DNA from: Desulfotalea psychrophila LSv54
Lineage (GTDB): Bacteria > Desulfobacterota > Desulfobulbia > Desulfobulbales > Desulfocapsaceae
Direction: 5' to 3'
DNA length: 32,000 nucleotides
Assembly: GCF_000025945.1 (NCBI RefSeq)
Contig: NC_006138.1
Coordinates: 3,000,001 to 3,032,000 of the forward strand
Below the pieces are notes generated by a model, which searched no databases, was not told the DNA's origin, and worked only from the letters and a program-made list of their open reading frames with translations. This document shows positions 25,011-32,000 of this stretch, in pieces; the first letter of the stretch is position 1, and every line of letters begins with the position of its first letter. The position numbers were made by a program, and so were the translations under genes.

Positions 25011-25550
25011 ATGAAAAAGCCTAGCCAACGCCAAGAGATACTCACCACCCTTCTCATCGTTTTTTTCTCCCTATTTCAGACATACAGCATCGCACGAGCC
25101 GCAGAGTCAACGGAGTATGGCTCAGTGGAAGAGCGACGCCTTGAGGCAAGTCTCGTCCAGAACGCCAAAGACGAAGAAATCAGACTAGACACCATTATTG
25201 CTAGAAAAAATGAACTAAAGATACTTGAAAAGGCTGTCGATAAAAAACTTGTTCAGGTAGAGGAGAAGATTACAGAGTTAAAGAAAATCAAACTTGCAAT
25301 TGACTCTCTACTTGAAAAAAGATCAGCAACGGAGTTGGCAAAACTGGAAACTCTTGCCAAAATATATGGAAAGATGGACGCTCCAAGGGCCGCTAGGGCC
25401 ATCGCCAGTCTCGACAGAAAACTCGCATCGAATCTTCTTGCTGCCATGAAGGCAAAATCTGCAGCAAAGATATTGGATCAACTTCCTCCCAGAATTGCGG
25501 GCGAGTTAACCACAAAAGTATCTGGGACACAACTCTATAATACAGACTAA
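25011..25550 (+). CDS. YlxF/FlbB/MotE-like flagellar protein (MgtE_N-like segment)
   Basis: 179 aa with an N-terminal TM or signal segment, a coiled coil, and a C-terminal MDAPRAARAIASLDRKLASNLLAAMKAKSAAKILDQLPP resembling the MgtE-N/MotE-type repeat. It occupies the ylxF/flbB slot between fliJ and fliK. Confidence 0.55.
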   Translation: MKKPSQRQEILTTLLIVFFSLFQTYSIARAAESTEYGSVEERRLEASLVQNAKDEEIRLDTIIARKNELKILEKAVDKKLVQVEEKITELKKIKLAIDSLLEKRSATELAKLETLAKIYGKMDAPRAARAIASLDRKLASNLLAAMKAKSAAKILDQLPPRIAGELTTKVSGTQLYNTD

Positions 25551-27001
25551 TGGCAACCTCTCTTCTTCAGTTCACACAACCTACAAAGTCACCGGTGCAA
25601 ACACCTCCGACACCCAAAAAAGACCTTGAGAGAAGGTCCGCAGGGCCAGAAGAAGATTTTAAATCCCGCCTCAAAGAGAGCCAGGAAAAGAAGGCTCGAA
25701 AGAAGCAGGAAGAGATCAACAAGGCCCTGCTCATCGGCTTGCCCCTGTTAGCGCCCGAAGCGCCATCTCTGGCAGAAATCGATTCAGGATGTGAAAAAAC
25801 ACCCGCAGTCCCGCTAAATCCAGCACTCACGACAGTCGTTCCAAATCTACAAAACCCTCTTGAGCAGAAAGGACAGCAGCTCCCTCCTGCCAGTGGCCAG
25901 CTTCCTCCTGCCAGTGGCCAGCGTCCTCCTACCAGTGGCCAACTTCCTCCTGCCAGTGGCCAGCTTCCTCTCTCTACCTCCAGCAACAAACAGGCTAACC
26001 AATCTTTATTGGAACCGACCCAGATAGCCCCCAAAACAGGCATGCAAGAAAATGGCGCAAAAAACTTTCTTGAACAAATTCAAAGAATTATTGATGGAGA
26101 AAAACAGCCCCAGACAATTTCTCTCCGCGGTGAGACAAGTCCCCGCCAGCAGGAGACAAAAAACTCCAGTGAAATTTCAACATCTGCTCTCCCCTTAAAA
26201 GGGTTCAACGGGCTACCAATATCACTGCGCCAGAATTTTGCCAGACAAAAAGAGGGCAACCTGCACCGGATAGAACCTGAAAAAGAGGGCGGACAAAAAT
26301 CTGACACATCTCTTCTTATGGGCAAGGGAGAGGGCAAGCAAGTTATTCAGGAAAAAACGAATCTCTCTGGACAAAATCCAAGACAAGAGAATAGCTCATT
26401 GCCTCAAGGAACGAGTTTTACCACAGCCACAAATAGCAGTGGTGAGACAACAGCCTTTCCACAGCTGTTCAGCTCCTCCCTGCCTACAGCACCTCTTGCA
26501 AATCAACCACAAACAGGCCCGGCACAAATTCTGTTACCAAGTGGAAACATTGTCTATGAAGATGAGGTGGTTCAACAGGTCACGGAAAAATTTCGGGCAA
26601 GCGACGCCAAGACGGAATCCAAGATTAATCTCCGCCTTAACCCCGAAGAACTGGGCAAGTTAAAAGTAGACCTCATTATGAAAGAGGGGACACTTCGAGT
26701 CAATGTGGTTACCCACAATAGGCAAGCCCATGATATCCTTGAAAAAAATATGGCAAAACTTAAAAATATACTTGAAAAACAAGGTATTACAGTAAGCGAA
26801 ATGACCATCAGTCAGGCTGAAGAGAGTCCTCAGGAGTCCCATCTTTTTGGAGAACATTTTTCCGGAAGTTCTCAACAAGGACAGCAGACCTTTAAGGACA
26901 ATACGGGTCACTTTGCAGAAAATCTCGCTGAAGCAAAACTAGAAGAGGCCGTAACATCGACCTCACCAGACAATGAATCGGTCGTTAATTTAAGAGCTTA
27001 G
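25550..27001 (+). CDS. fliK: flagellar hook-length control protein FliK
   Basis: 483 aa. The N-terminal two thirds are Pro/Gln/Ser-rich and look disordered. The C-terminal Flg_hook-type domain reads INLRLNPEELGKLKVDLIMKEGTLRVNVVTHNRQAHDILEKNMAKLKNILEKQGI. The start overlaps the upstream stop (TAATG). Confidence 0.8.
   Translation: MATSLLQFTQPTKSPVQTPPTPKKDLERRSAGPEEDFKSRLKESQEKKARKKQEEINKALLIGLPLLAPEAPSLAEIDSGCEKTPAVPLNPALTTVVPNLQNPLEQKGQQLPPASGQLPPASGQRPPTSGQLPPASGQLPLSTSSNKQANQSLLEPTQIAPKTGMQENGAKNFLEQIQRIIDGEKQPQTISLRGETSPRQQETKNSSEISTSALPLKGFNGLPISLRQNFARQKEGNLHRIEPEKEGGQKSDTSLLMGKGEGKQVIQEKTNLSGQNPRQENSSLPQGTSFTTATNSSGETTAFPQLFSSSLPTAPLANQPQTGPAQILLPSGNIVYEDEVVQQVTEKFRASDAKTESKINLRLNPEELGKLKVDLIMKEGTLRVNVVTHNRQAHDILEKNMAKLKNILEKQGITVSEMTISQAEESPQESHLFGEHFSGSSQQGQQTFKDNTGHFAENLAEAKLEEAVTSTSPDNESVVNLRA
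25877..25972 (+). repeat. 21-bp in-frame tandem repeat, about 4.5 units, in fliK
   Basis: Units lie at 25877, 25898, 25919 and 25940, with a partial unit at 25961. They follow CAGCTTCCTCCTGCCAGTGGC with variants and encode QLPPASG four times (one unit is QRPPTSG). Confidence 0.9.
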
Positions 27002-27008
27002 GAAACCA

Positions 27009-27755
27009 ATGTCTATAGATTTCGCAGCCATCAATAAAGCCGCAACAACGGGAACAACAACAACCAAAAACGGCTCGCTAGTTTCTGGCAAGAACAGCAC
27101 CATGGGTAAGCAAGAGTTTTTAACCCTCCTCGTTGCCCAACTACAGAACCAGGATCCTCTTAACCCCGATGAGGGGACAGAGTTTACTGCCCAACTGGCA
27201 CAGTTCAGTTCCCTTGAGCAGCTCATGTCCATTAACAAAGGAATGGGGAACATGATTACCTCCACAAGCAACTCTGATAACATTGCTCTTCTCAATACGA
27301 TTGGCAAAGAGGTCCTTTATTACGGTGACGAGATAGATTTCCAGGGCGATCCGGTTGAATTTGGTTACATGCTTGCAGAAAATGCCACCTCGGTAAAGAT
27401 AGAACTACGTCTCAACGGAGAAACTGTTCACAGTATTGACAGCACCGAACTCTCTAAGGGTGATCACACCTTTACCTGGGATGGTATGACTGAAGATGGA
27501 AACCCGGCCGCCCATGGTGCATACAAAATTGTTGTCGCCGCTCAAGGAGCAAAAAATGCAATTATTGCACCTCCCATTATCAAGTCAAAGGTAACCGGTG
27601 TTAATCTTGATCCTCTGCTTCCCACCTCCCTCACCACCACCTTGGGCGGAATAGACTCCTATTCTAAGATTATCGGCATCTCCGAGATACCTCAACAGGC
27701 GGCCAGCCCGAAACTGCCAGAGAGTGAAGAAACACCCAAGGATGAAGAAAAATAG
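27009..27755 (+). CDS. flgD: flagellar hook assembly (capping) protein FlgD
   Basis: 248 aa. The N-terminal motif is GKQEFLTLLVAQLQNQDPLNPDEGTEFTAQLAQFSSLEQL. The middle region is FlgD Ig/tudor-like (TFTWDGMTEDGNPAAHGAYKI). Confidence 0.9.
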   Translation: MSIDFAAINKAATTGTTTTKNGSLVSGKNSTMGKQEFLTLLVAQLQNQDPLNPDEGTEFTAQLAQFSSLEQLMSINKGMGNMITSTSNSDNIALLNTIGKEVLYYGDEIDFQGDPVEFGYMLAENATSVKIELRLNGETVHSIDSTELSKGDHTFTWDGMTEDGNPAAHGAYKIVVAAQGAKNAIIAPPIIKSKVTGVNLDPLLPTSLTTTLGGIDSYSKIIGISEIPQQAASPKLPESEETPKDEEK

Positions 27756-27836
27756 AGCGTTTAGTACCTCAACTATACCAATGAGCAAATAACATTTTTT
27801 AAACACCTCTTCAGCGAAAAGCGACAGGAGAATGAT

Positions 27837-29537
27837 ATGGGTATTGGCAGCGCATTATACACAGGAGTCAGTGGACTTAACACCAACGGCCAGGCAATGA
27901 CAGTTATCGGCAACAACCTCGCCAACACCAACACTATTGCCTATAAGGGATCTCGTACAATGTTTTCAGATCTCTTATCCTCCAGCGTCACTGGTTCCGG
28001 TGGCACCTCTCAAGTAGGCCGTGGCGTTGGCCTCTCCCGAGTGGACAACGATTTCAGTCAGGGTACATTTGAATCAACCTCCTCCGGACTTGATCTGGCC
28101 ATTGAAGGAAACAGCTTTTTTCTCCTCAGCCCAAGCAACGACCAGAGCATTCATTACTCACGAGCAGGTTCCTTCAAATTTAATGAGGGTGGCTACCTGG
28201 TAAACCCCGGCGGCCTACGGGTTCAGGGAATAGCCTACGGCGCAGACGGTGAACTTGCAGGTGGCGATCCTAGTGATATTTTTCTTGATGGCGCTGGCAT
28301 GATCAAAGGTGCCGCCACCAGTGAAATGATAATGAACACCAATCTTGACTCCAACGCCAAGATATTTCCCATCGACTTCGATGCCAGCAATACCAACTCC
28401 TATAATTTTTCCGAGGAGCTCACCCTCACGGGACCCGCGACCGTTCCTGCGACTGTTCCTCCGAGCAACAGCACCATCACAGCCCAAACATATTACCGAA
28501 AAACCGCAGAGAACAGCTGGGAGTGCTACTACACGGCAAAAGAAACCATGGCAGACGGTACAGCTGGCAGTTCAACGGCTGCTTCCATCAAGGCGGGAGA
28601 GGTAGAGATAGATGCCGCAGGAAACCTCGTTGACACAAGCTCAGCCACGACCCCGAAAGCAAATTTTGATCCCTTTGCCACCAGTATAGCCTGGGACGAC
28701 ACCGGAGCCACCACAACGGCTGTCACGGCGAGTACAGCGGGAAGCCCGTCGTCGTCAATAGACAAGAGCCTGCGGGAAAACAAAAGCATCTGCACCTTTG
28801 ACTACAAGGATCCCAAGACCTTCACCTATTCCGCCTCGGTACAAATTTTTGACAGTCTTGGTAACCCGCATCTAATCAGCACATATTTCCGCAAAACAGA
28901 CGACAACACCTGGGACACCTACTATTCACTGGAAAAGGAGGATGGCTCCGTCATTCCTGCAGACCCCAACGCCATTTCCCTTACCCAGTTACGCTTTGGC
29001 TCTGAAGGCCAACCCGTTGACTCAGCGGGTCTCCCCCTTGACGGCCCCCCAACAGCAACCACCGAGGAGCCCATCGATTGGGGCAACGGCTCTGAGCCAA
29101 CGCCTATCACCGTTACCTTTGATACCACCCAGTTTAACAGTAGCTCCAAGGTTATCTCTCAAGAGCAGAACGGCTATGGGGCAGGAAACCTGAGCGGAGT
29201 AAATATCGATGAAGGTGGCAATGTTATTGCCGCATACTCCAACGGTAAAAACCGTAACATTGCGGCAATCTCTCTGGCTAAATTCCAAAATCCTGCGGGA
29301 CTGACCATGGAGGGTAATAATCTTTTTGCTGCCACGGGCACCTCAGGAGCACCACGAGTTGGTCTACCCGGACCTGAGCTTGGTAAGGTTTTCACAAACT
29401 CGCTGGAACAATCCAATGTCGATATGAGTGTCGAGTTTGTCCGGATGATCACCATTCAACGTGGCTACCAGGCAAACTCTAAAATCATCACCACCGTTGA
29501 CGAACTACTTGGCGAATTAATTAACCTTAAACGCTAA
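27837..29537 (+). CDS. flgE: flagellar hook protein FlgE
   Basis: 566 aa. N-terminal SALYTGVSGLNTNGQAMTVIGNNLANTNTIAYK and C-terminal LEQSNVDMSVEFVRMITIQRGYQANSKIITTVDELLGELINLKR. Confidence 0.92.
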   Translation: MGIGSALYTGVSGLNTNGQAMTVIGNNLANTNTIAYKGSRTMFSDLLSSSVTGSGGTSQVGRGVGLSRVDNDFSQGTFESTSSGLDLAIEGNSFFLLSPSNDQSIHYSRAGSFKFNEGGYLVNPGGLRVQGIAYGADGELAGGDPSDIFLDGAGMIKGAATSEMIMNTNLDSNAKIFPIDFDASNTNSYNFSEELTLTGPATVPATVPPSNSTITAQTYYRKTAENSWECYYTAKETMADGTAGSSTAASIKAGEVEIDAAGNLVDTSSATTPKANFDPFATSIAWDDTGATTTAVTASTAGSPSSSIDKSLRENKSICTFDYKDPKTFTYSASVQIFDSLGNPHLISTYFRKTDDNTWDTYYSLEKEDGSVIPADPNAISLTQLRFGSEGQPVDSAGLPLDGPPTATTEEPIDWGNGSEPTPITVTFDTTQFNSSSKVISQEQNGYGAGNLSGVNIDEGGNVIAAYSNGKNRNIAAISLAKFQNPAGLTMEGNNLFAATGTSGAPRVGLPGPELGKVFTNSLEQSNVDMSVEFVRMITIQRGYQANSKIITTVDELLGELINLKR

Positions 29538-29584
29538 GGTTAATATATTAAAAAACCATATCCTCTCTTTACGGGAGAATATGG
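29521..29584 (+). terminator. two hairpins at and after the flgE stop (possible attenuator or mRNA-stabilising element)
   Basis: Hairpin 1 is a perfect 9-bp stem, TTAACCTTA (29521-29529) / TAAGGTTAA (29535-29543), that includes the TAA stop. Hairpin 2 pairs CCATATCCTCTC (29556-29567) with GGGAGAATATGG (29573-29584) and has 1 mismatch and 1 G-U pair. Neither is followed by a U-tract. Confidence 0.3.
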
Positions 29585-29632
29585 TCTATGCAGCAAAATA
29601 TTACTGTAATATCTTTATCCTGCCCCCCGGGA

Positions 29633-29648
29633 TGGAACAAAAATTGCA
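29633..29648 (+). promoter_or_regulatory. sigma-54 promoter upstream of motA
   Basis: TGGAACAAAAATTGCA has GG at 29634-29635 and GC at 29646-29647, giving exact -24/-12 spacing, and it has the full TTGCA. It lies 67 nt upstream of the motA start. Confidence 0.6.
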
Positions 29649-29714
29649 TTTTATATTTCAGGACTGCCCCGTTGGCATTTGACTTTTCGGTGATATTAAT
29701 TGTAGGAGGTTTTT

Positions 29715-30482
29715 TTGGATCTTTCAACGATACTTGGTATATGTGCTGCCTTTGGCCTGATGCTTATGGCTATTCTTCAAGGCGGGCCATTATCTATTTT
29801 CATAAACATTCCCTCCATCATGATTGTTTTTGGTGGAACTGCGGGCAATATTCTTGTCCATTACCCCTTTGCCGATGTTTTTGATGCCATAAACGTGGCA
29901 AAAAAAACGTTCCTATACAAGGAAACCTCGGCCAGTGCCCTGATTGACCAGCTCATGGATTTTGCCAATAAGGCCAGAAAGGAAGGGATTCTTGCCCTGC
30001 AGGCTTCTATAAACACCATAGAGGACCCATTTTTACTCAAGGCAGTACAGATGGCAGTAGATGGCCAGGAGCCCGAGACCCTACGCCGAATGCTGATGAC
30101 TGAAATTGACTACATCCAGGTCAGACATGAAAAGGGTGGCGACATCTTTAACGCCCTGGCACTCTATGCCCCGGCCATGGGCATGGTTGGAACCCTGATT
30201 GGTCTGGTGCAAATGCTCCAGACAATGGATGATCCGTCAACCATTGGCCCAGCCATGGCCGTTGCCCTTTTAACAACATTCTACGGCGCAGTCATAGCAA
30301 ACGTTGTTTGTACCCCCATGGCAGGCAAGCTACGTAATCGATCAGACTCGGAAATCTTGACAAAGACTCTCATTGCCGAGGGAATGCAATCCATTTTATC
30401 TGGAGAAAACCCCAGAATTATGGAACAAAAACTACATGCATTCATTGCGCCTAAGCTACGTGACTCTACCTTTAACAAATAA
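29715..30482 (+). CDS. motA: flagellar stator protein MotA
   Basis: 255 aa with a TTG start 4 nt after AGGAGG (29705-29710). Four TM segments and the C-terminal channel motif APAMGMVGTLIGLVQML...LLTTFYGAVIAN. Confidence 0.9.
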   Translation: MDLSTILGICAAFGLMLMAILQGGPLSIFINIPSIMIVFGGTAGNILVHYPFADVFDAINVAKKTFLYKETSASALIDQLMDFANKARKEGILALQASINTIEDPFLLKAVQMAVDGQEPETLRRMLMTEIDYIQVRHEKGGDIFNALALYAPAMGMVGTLIGLVQMLQTMDDPSTIGPAMAVALLTTFYGAVIANVVCTPMAGKLRNRSDSEILTKTLIAEGMQSILSGENPRIMEQKLHAFIAPKLRDSTFNK

Positions 30483-30491
30483 GTCAAAATT

Positions 30492-31241
30492 ATGTCAGCT
30501 GAAGAACTCCCGCAAAAAAAGGAAAAAAAATGCGCAGCAGGCGCCCCTGCCTGGATGGTGACCTACTCTGACCTGGTAACCCTGCTACTGACATTTTTTG
30601 TCCTCCTCCTCTCCATGTCAAACGTTGACCCTGTTCGCATGAGCCAGGCATCCAGCTCTATCAAGGATGCCTTTGGCATCCCTATCAAGTCGGTGCCCAC
30701 GGAGTATAGAGTACCTATCTTTCCCGCAATGCTCATAGCCAAATTTTCACCTGTCTCAATAGATAACACAAAGAAAATCCATGAAAAAATCAAAAACAAA
30801 CTCAAAGCCCTGCGGATTAATTCTGAGGTAGAACTGATTAACAAAGACAAAGATATTATAATATTACGCATGGACGACAAGGTTCTTTTTGCCAGAGGCC
30901 AATCTGAAATCAGCCCAAGATCTTACATGTTACTACGTAATATTGCAGACATAATCAGACCTCTACCCGTAAATGTCAGAATTGAAGGACATAGTGATGA
31001 CATCCCCCTTGGTATCAACAACATCGCCAACTGGAACCTCTCAACATCAAGGGCGGTCTCTGCCCTCCGTTTTTTTTACCGCGGAAATCTTATCTCCCTT
31101 GATCGACTCTCCGCCATTGGTTACGGAGACATGCATCCCATAGCCCCAAATACAACAGAGGAAAATAGAGCAAAAAATCGCCGGGTAGACTTTGTCCTCC
31201 GACTTAAGCCCCCTAAGAAAAAGCCAGAAATATTTAAATAA
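30492..31241 (+). CDS. motB: flagellar stator protein MotB
   Basis: 249 aa. The TM segment carries the conserved Asp (PAWMVTYSDLVTLLLTFFVLL). The C-terminal OmpA-like peptidoglycan-binding domain contains NWNLSTSRAVSALRFF and NRRVDFVL. Confidence 0.9.
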   Translation: MSAEELPQKKEKKCAAGAPAWMVTYSDLVTLLLTFFVLLLSMSNVDPVRMSQASSSIKDAFGIPIKSVPTEYRVPIFPAMLIAKFSPVSIDNTKKIHEKIKNKLKALRINSEVELINKDKDIIILRMDDKVLFARGQSEISPRSYMLLRNIADIIRPLPVNVRIEGHSDDIPLGINNIANWNLSTSRAVSALRFFYRGNLISLDRLSAIGYGDMHPIAPNTTEENRAKNRRVDFVLRLKPPKKKPEIFK

Positions 31242-31287
31242 TTTTCAATCCTTATAAATTATCTTCATCACAAAATCAGGCACTCAT

Positions 31288-31776
31288 ATGGCAGAAGAAA
31301 AAGCTTCCCCTCAGGAAAAAAACGGCAAGAAAAAAAAATTGTTCCTCATCGGTGGTATAGCCCTGGTGGCAATTATACTCATCGGAATTATCGCTTACCT
31401 GCTTCTCAACAAGGGCGATGACACTCAGGTAACAGATAAAAACGTCCCCGTCCCTCAGGTAAATGCAACAAACCTGGGCCCCATGGTCGATCTGCAAGAT
31501 TTTGTAGTCAACATTATCAGCGATGAAGAGAACCACTATGTAAAAACAGCCATCACTCTTGAGGTAAGCAATAGCAGCGCATCCGAAGAGGTAGGCATGC
31601 GAATGCCACAGATGCGTGACACTATTATTTTGATTTTTGGCAACAAAGATTACCGTGAGCTACAGGATCTTCAGGGAAAAAAACAACTCAAAGCAGAGAT
31701 AAGCTCTCGAATAAACGCAATATTACAAACCGGACAGGTGGTGGCGGTTTATTTTACAGCCTTTGTGGTACAATAA
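31288..31776 (+). CDS. fliL: flagellar basal body-associated protein FliL
   Basis: 162 aa. Lys-rich N-terminus, a single TM segment (LFLIGGIALVAIILIGIIAYLLL), then MVDLQDFVVNI...YVKTAITLEV...MPQMRDTIILIF, which is typical of FliL. Confidence 0.85.
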   Translation: MAEEKASPQEKNGKKKKLFLIGGIALVAIILIGIIAYLLLNKGDDTQVTDKNVPVPQVNATNLGPMVDLQDFVVNIISDEENHYVKTAITLEVSNSSASEEVGMRMPQMRDTIILIFGNKDYRELQDLQGKKQLKAEISSRINAILQTGQVVAVYFTAFVVQ

Positions 31777-31792
31777 TTGCTAAAGATTACAT

Positions 31793-32000
31793 ATGGAACC
31801 CATTCTTAGCAAAACAGAAATAGCCGAACTTCTCAGAGCTATCCGCCAAGGGAAAATATCTCTTGATGGTGGCCGAGAAGTAAACTCTATTGACTATGAA
31901 AAAGTTAATTTATTTGAACTGACACCTCCTGTTGATGACAAGGTTAAAATACCAAACTTTGACATCATTATGGATAGTTTCGCCCGTCATTACTCAATTT
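31793..32000 (+). CDS. fliM: flagellar motor switch protein FliM, N-terminal 69 codons (truncated by the window end)
   Basis: Not in the track because there is no stop in the window. The ATG at 31793 opens MEPILSKTEIAELLRAIRQGKISLDGGREVNSIDYEKVNLFELTPPVDDKVKIPNFDIIMDSFARHYSI. ILSKTEIAELL matches the CheY-P-binding LSQxEIDxLL motif. Its position after fliL supports the call. Confidence 0.8.
   Translation, partial: MEPILSKTEIAELLRAIRQGKISLDGGREVNSIDYEKVNLFELTPPVDDKVKIPNFDIIMDSFARHYSI

Noticed and set aside
29588-29884. 98-aa plus-strand ORF in the flgE-motA gap, checked as a possible flbD
   Set aside because: The sequence bears no resemblance to FlbD. It overlaps the motA start in another frame and covers the sigma-54 promoter.
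31278-31293. AGGCAC-N6-GGCA with correct sigma-54 GG/GC spacing
   Set aside because: It overlaps the fliL ATG (31288), so it cannot serve fliL. The -12 region is TGGCA rather than TTGCA. It is probably a chance match.

Overview
This window is a chromosomal motility and chemotaxis supercluster from a moderately low-GC Gram-negative bacterium. Sigma-54-type promoters and the gene content are reminiscent of Desulfobacterota or other delta/epsilon-like lineages, but the taxon cannot be established from the sequence alone. Layout: (1) 1-3.4 kb holds housekeeping genes: a partial hypothetical gene missing from the ORF track, engB, hisG, hisI and a SlyD-like FKBP isomerase. (2) 3.6-9.0 kb (+) holds cheA-cheW-cheB-cheR; the CheA is a hybrid with HPt, kinase, two CheW-like domains and a receiver. 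(3) 9.1-10.9 kb (-) is a two-gene insert encoding a secreted SNase-type nuclease and a secreted bipartite pentapeptide-repeat protein. (4) 11.2-12.8 kb (+) encodes a sigma-54 enhancer-binding response regulator. (5) 12.9-15.8 kb (-) holds cheY-cheX followed by an unusual 641-aa protein with two CheX/CheC-like modules and a pseudo-receiver, which has its own sigma-28-type promoter. (6) 16.0-32.0 kb (+) starts with an 804-aa secreted TPR protein, followed by flgB-flgC-fliE-fliF-fliG-fliH-fliI-fliJ-ylxF/motE-like-fliK-flgD-flgE, then motA-motB-fliL-fliM (fliM is truncated by the window end). I saw no rRNA, tRNA, CRISPR array, transposase or integrase. The best candidates for something undescribed are the CheX-CheX-pseudoREC protein, the TPR protein heading the flagellar operon (possibly a PflA-like periplasmic motor scaffold) and the nuclease plus pentapeptide-repeat pair. 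All functional calls come from motif recognition in the translations. No database search was possible.
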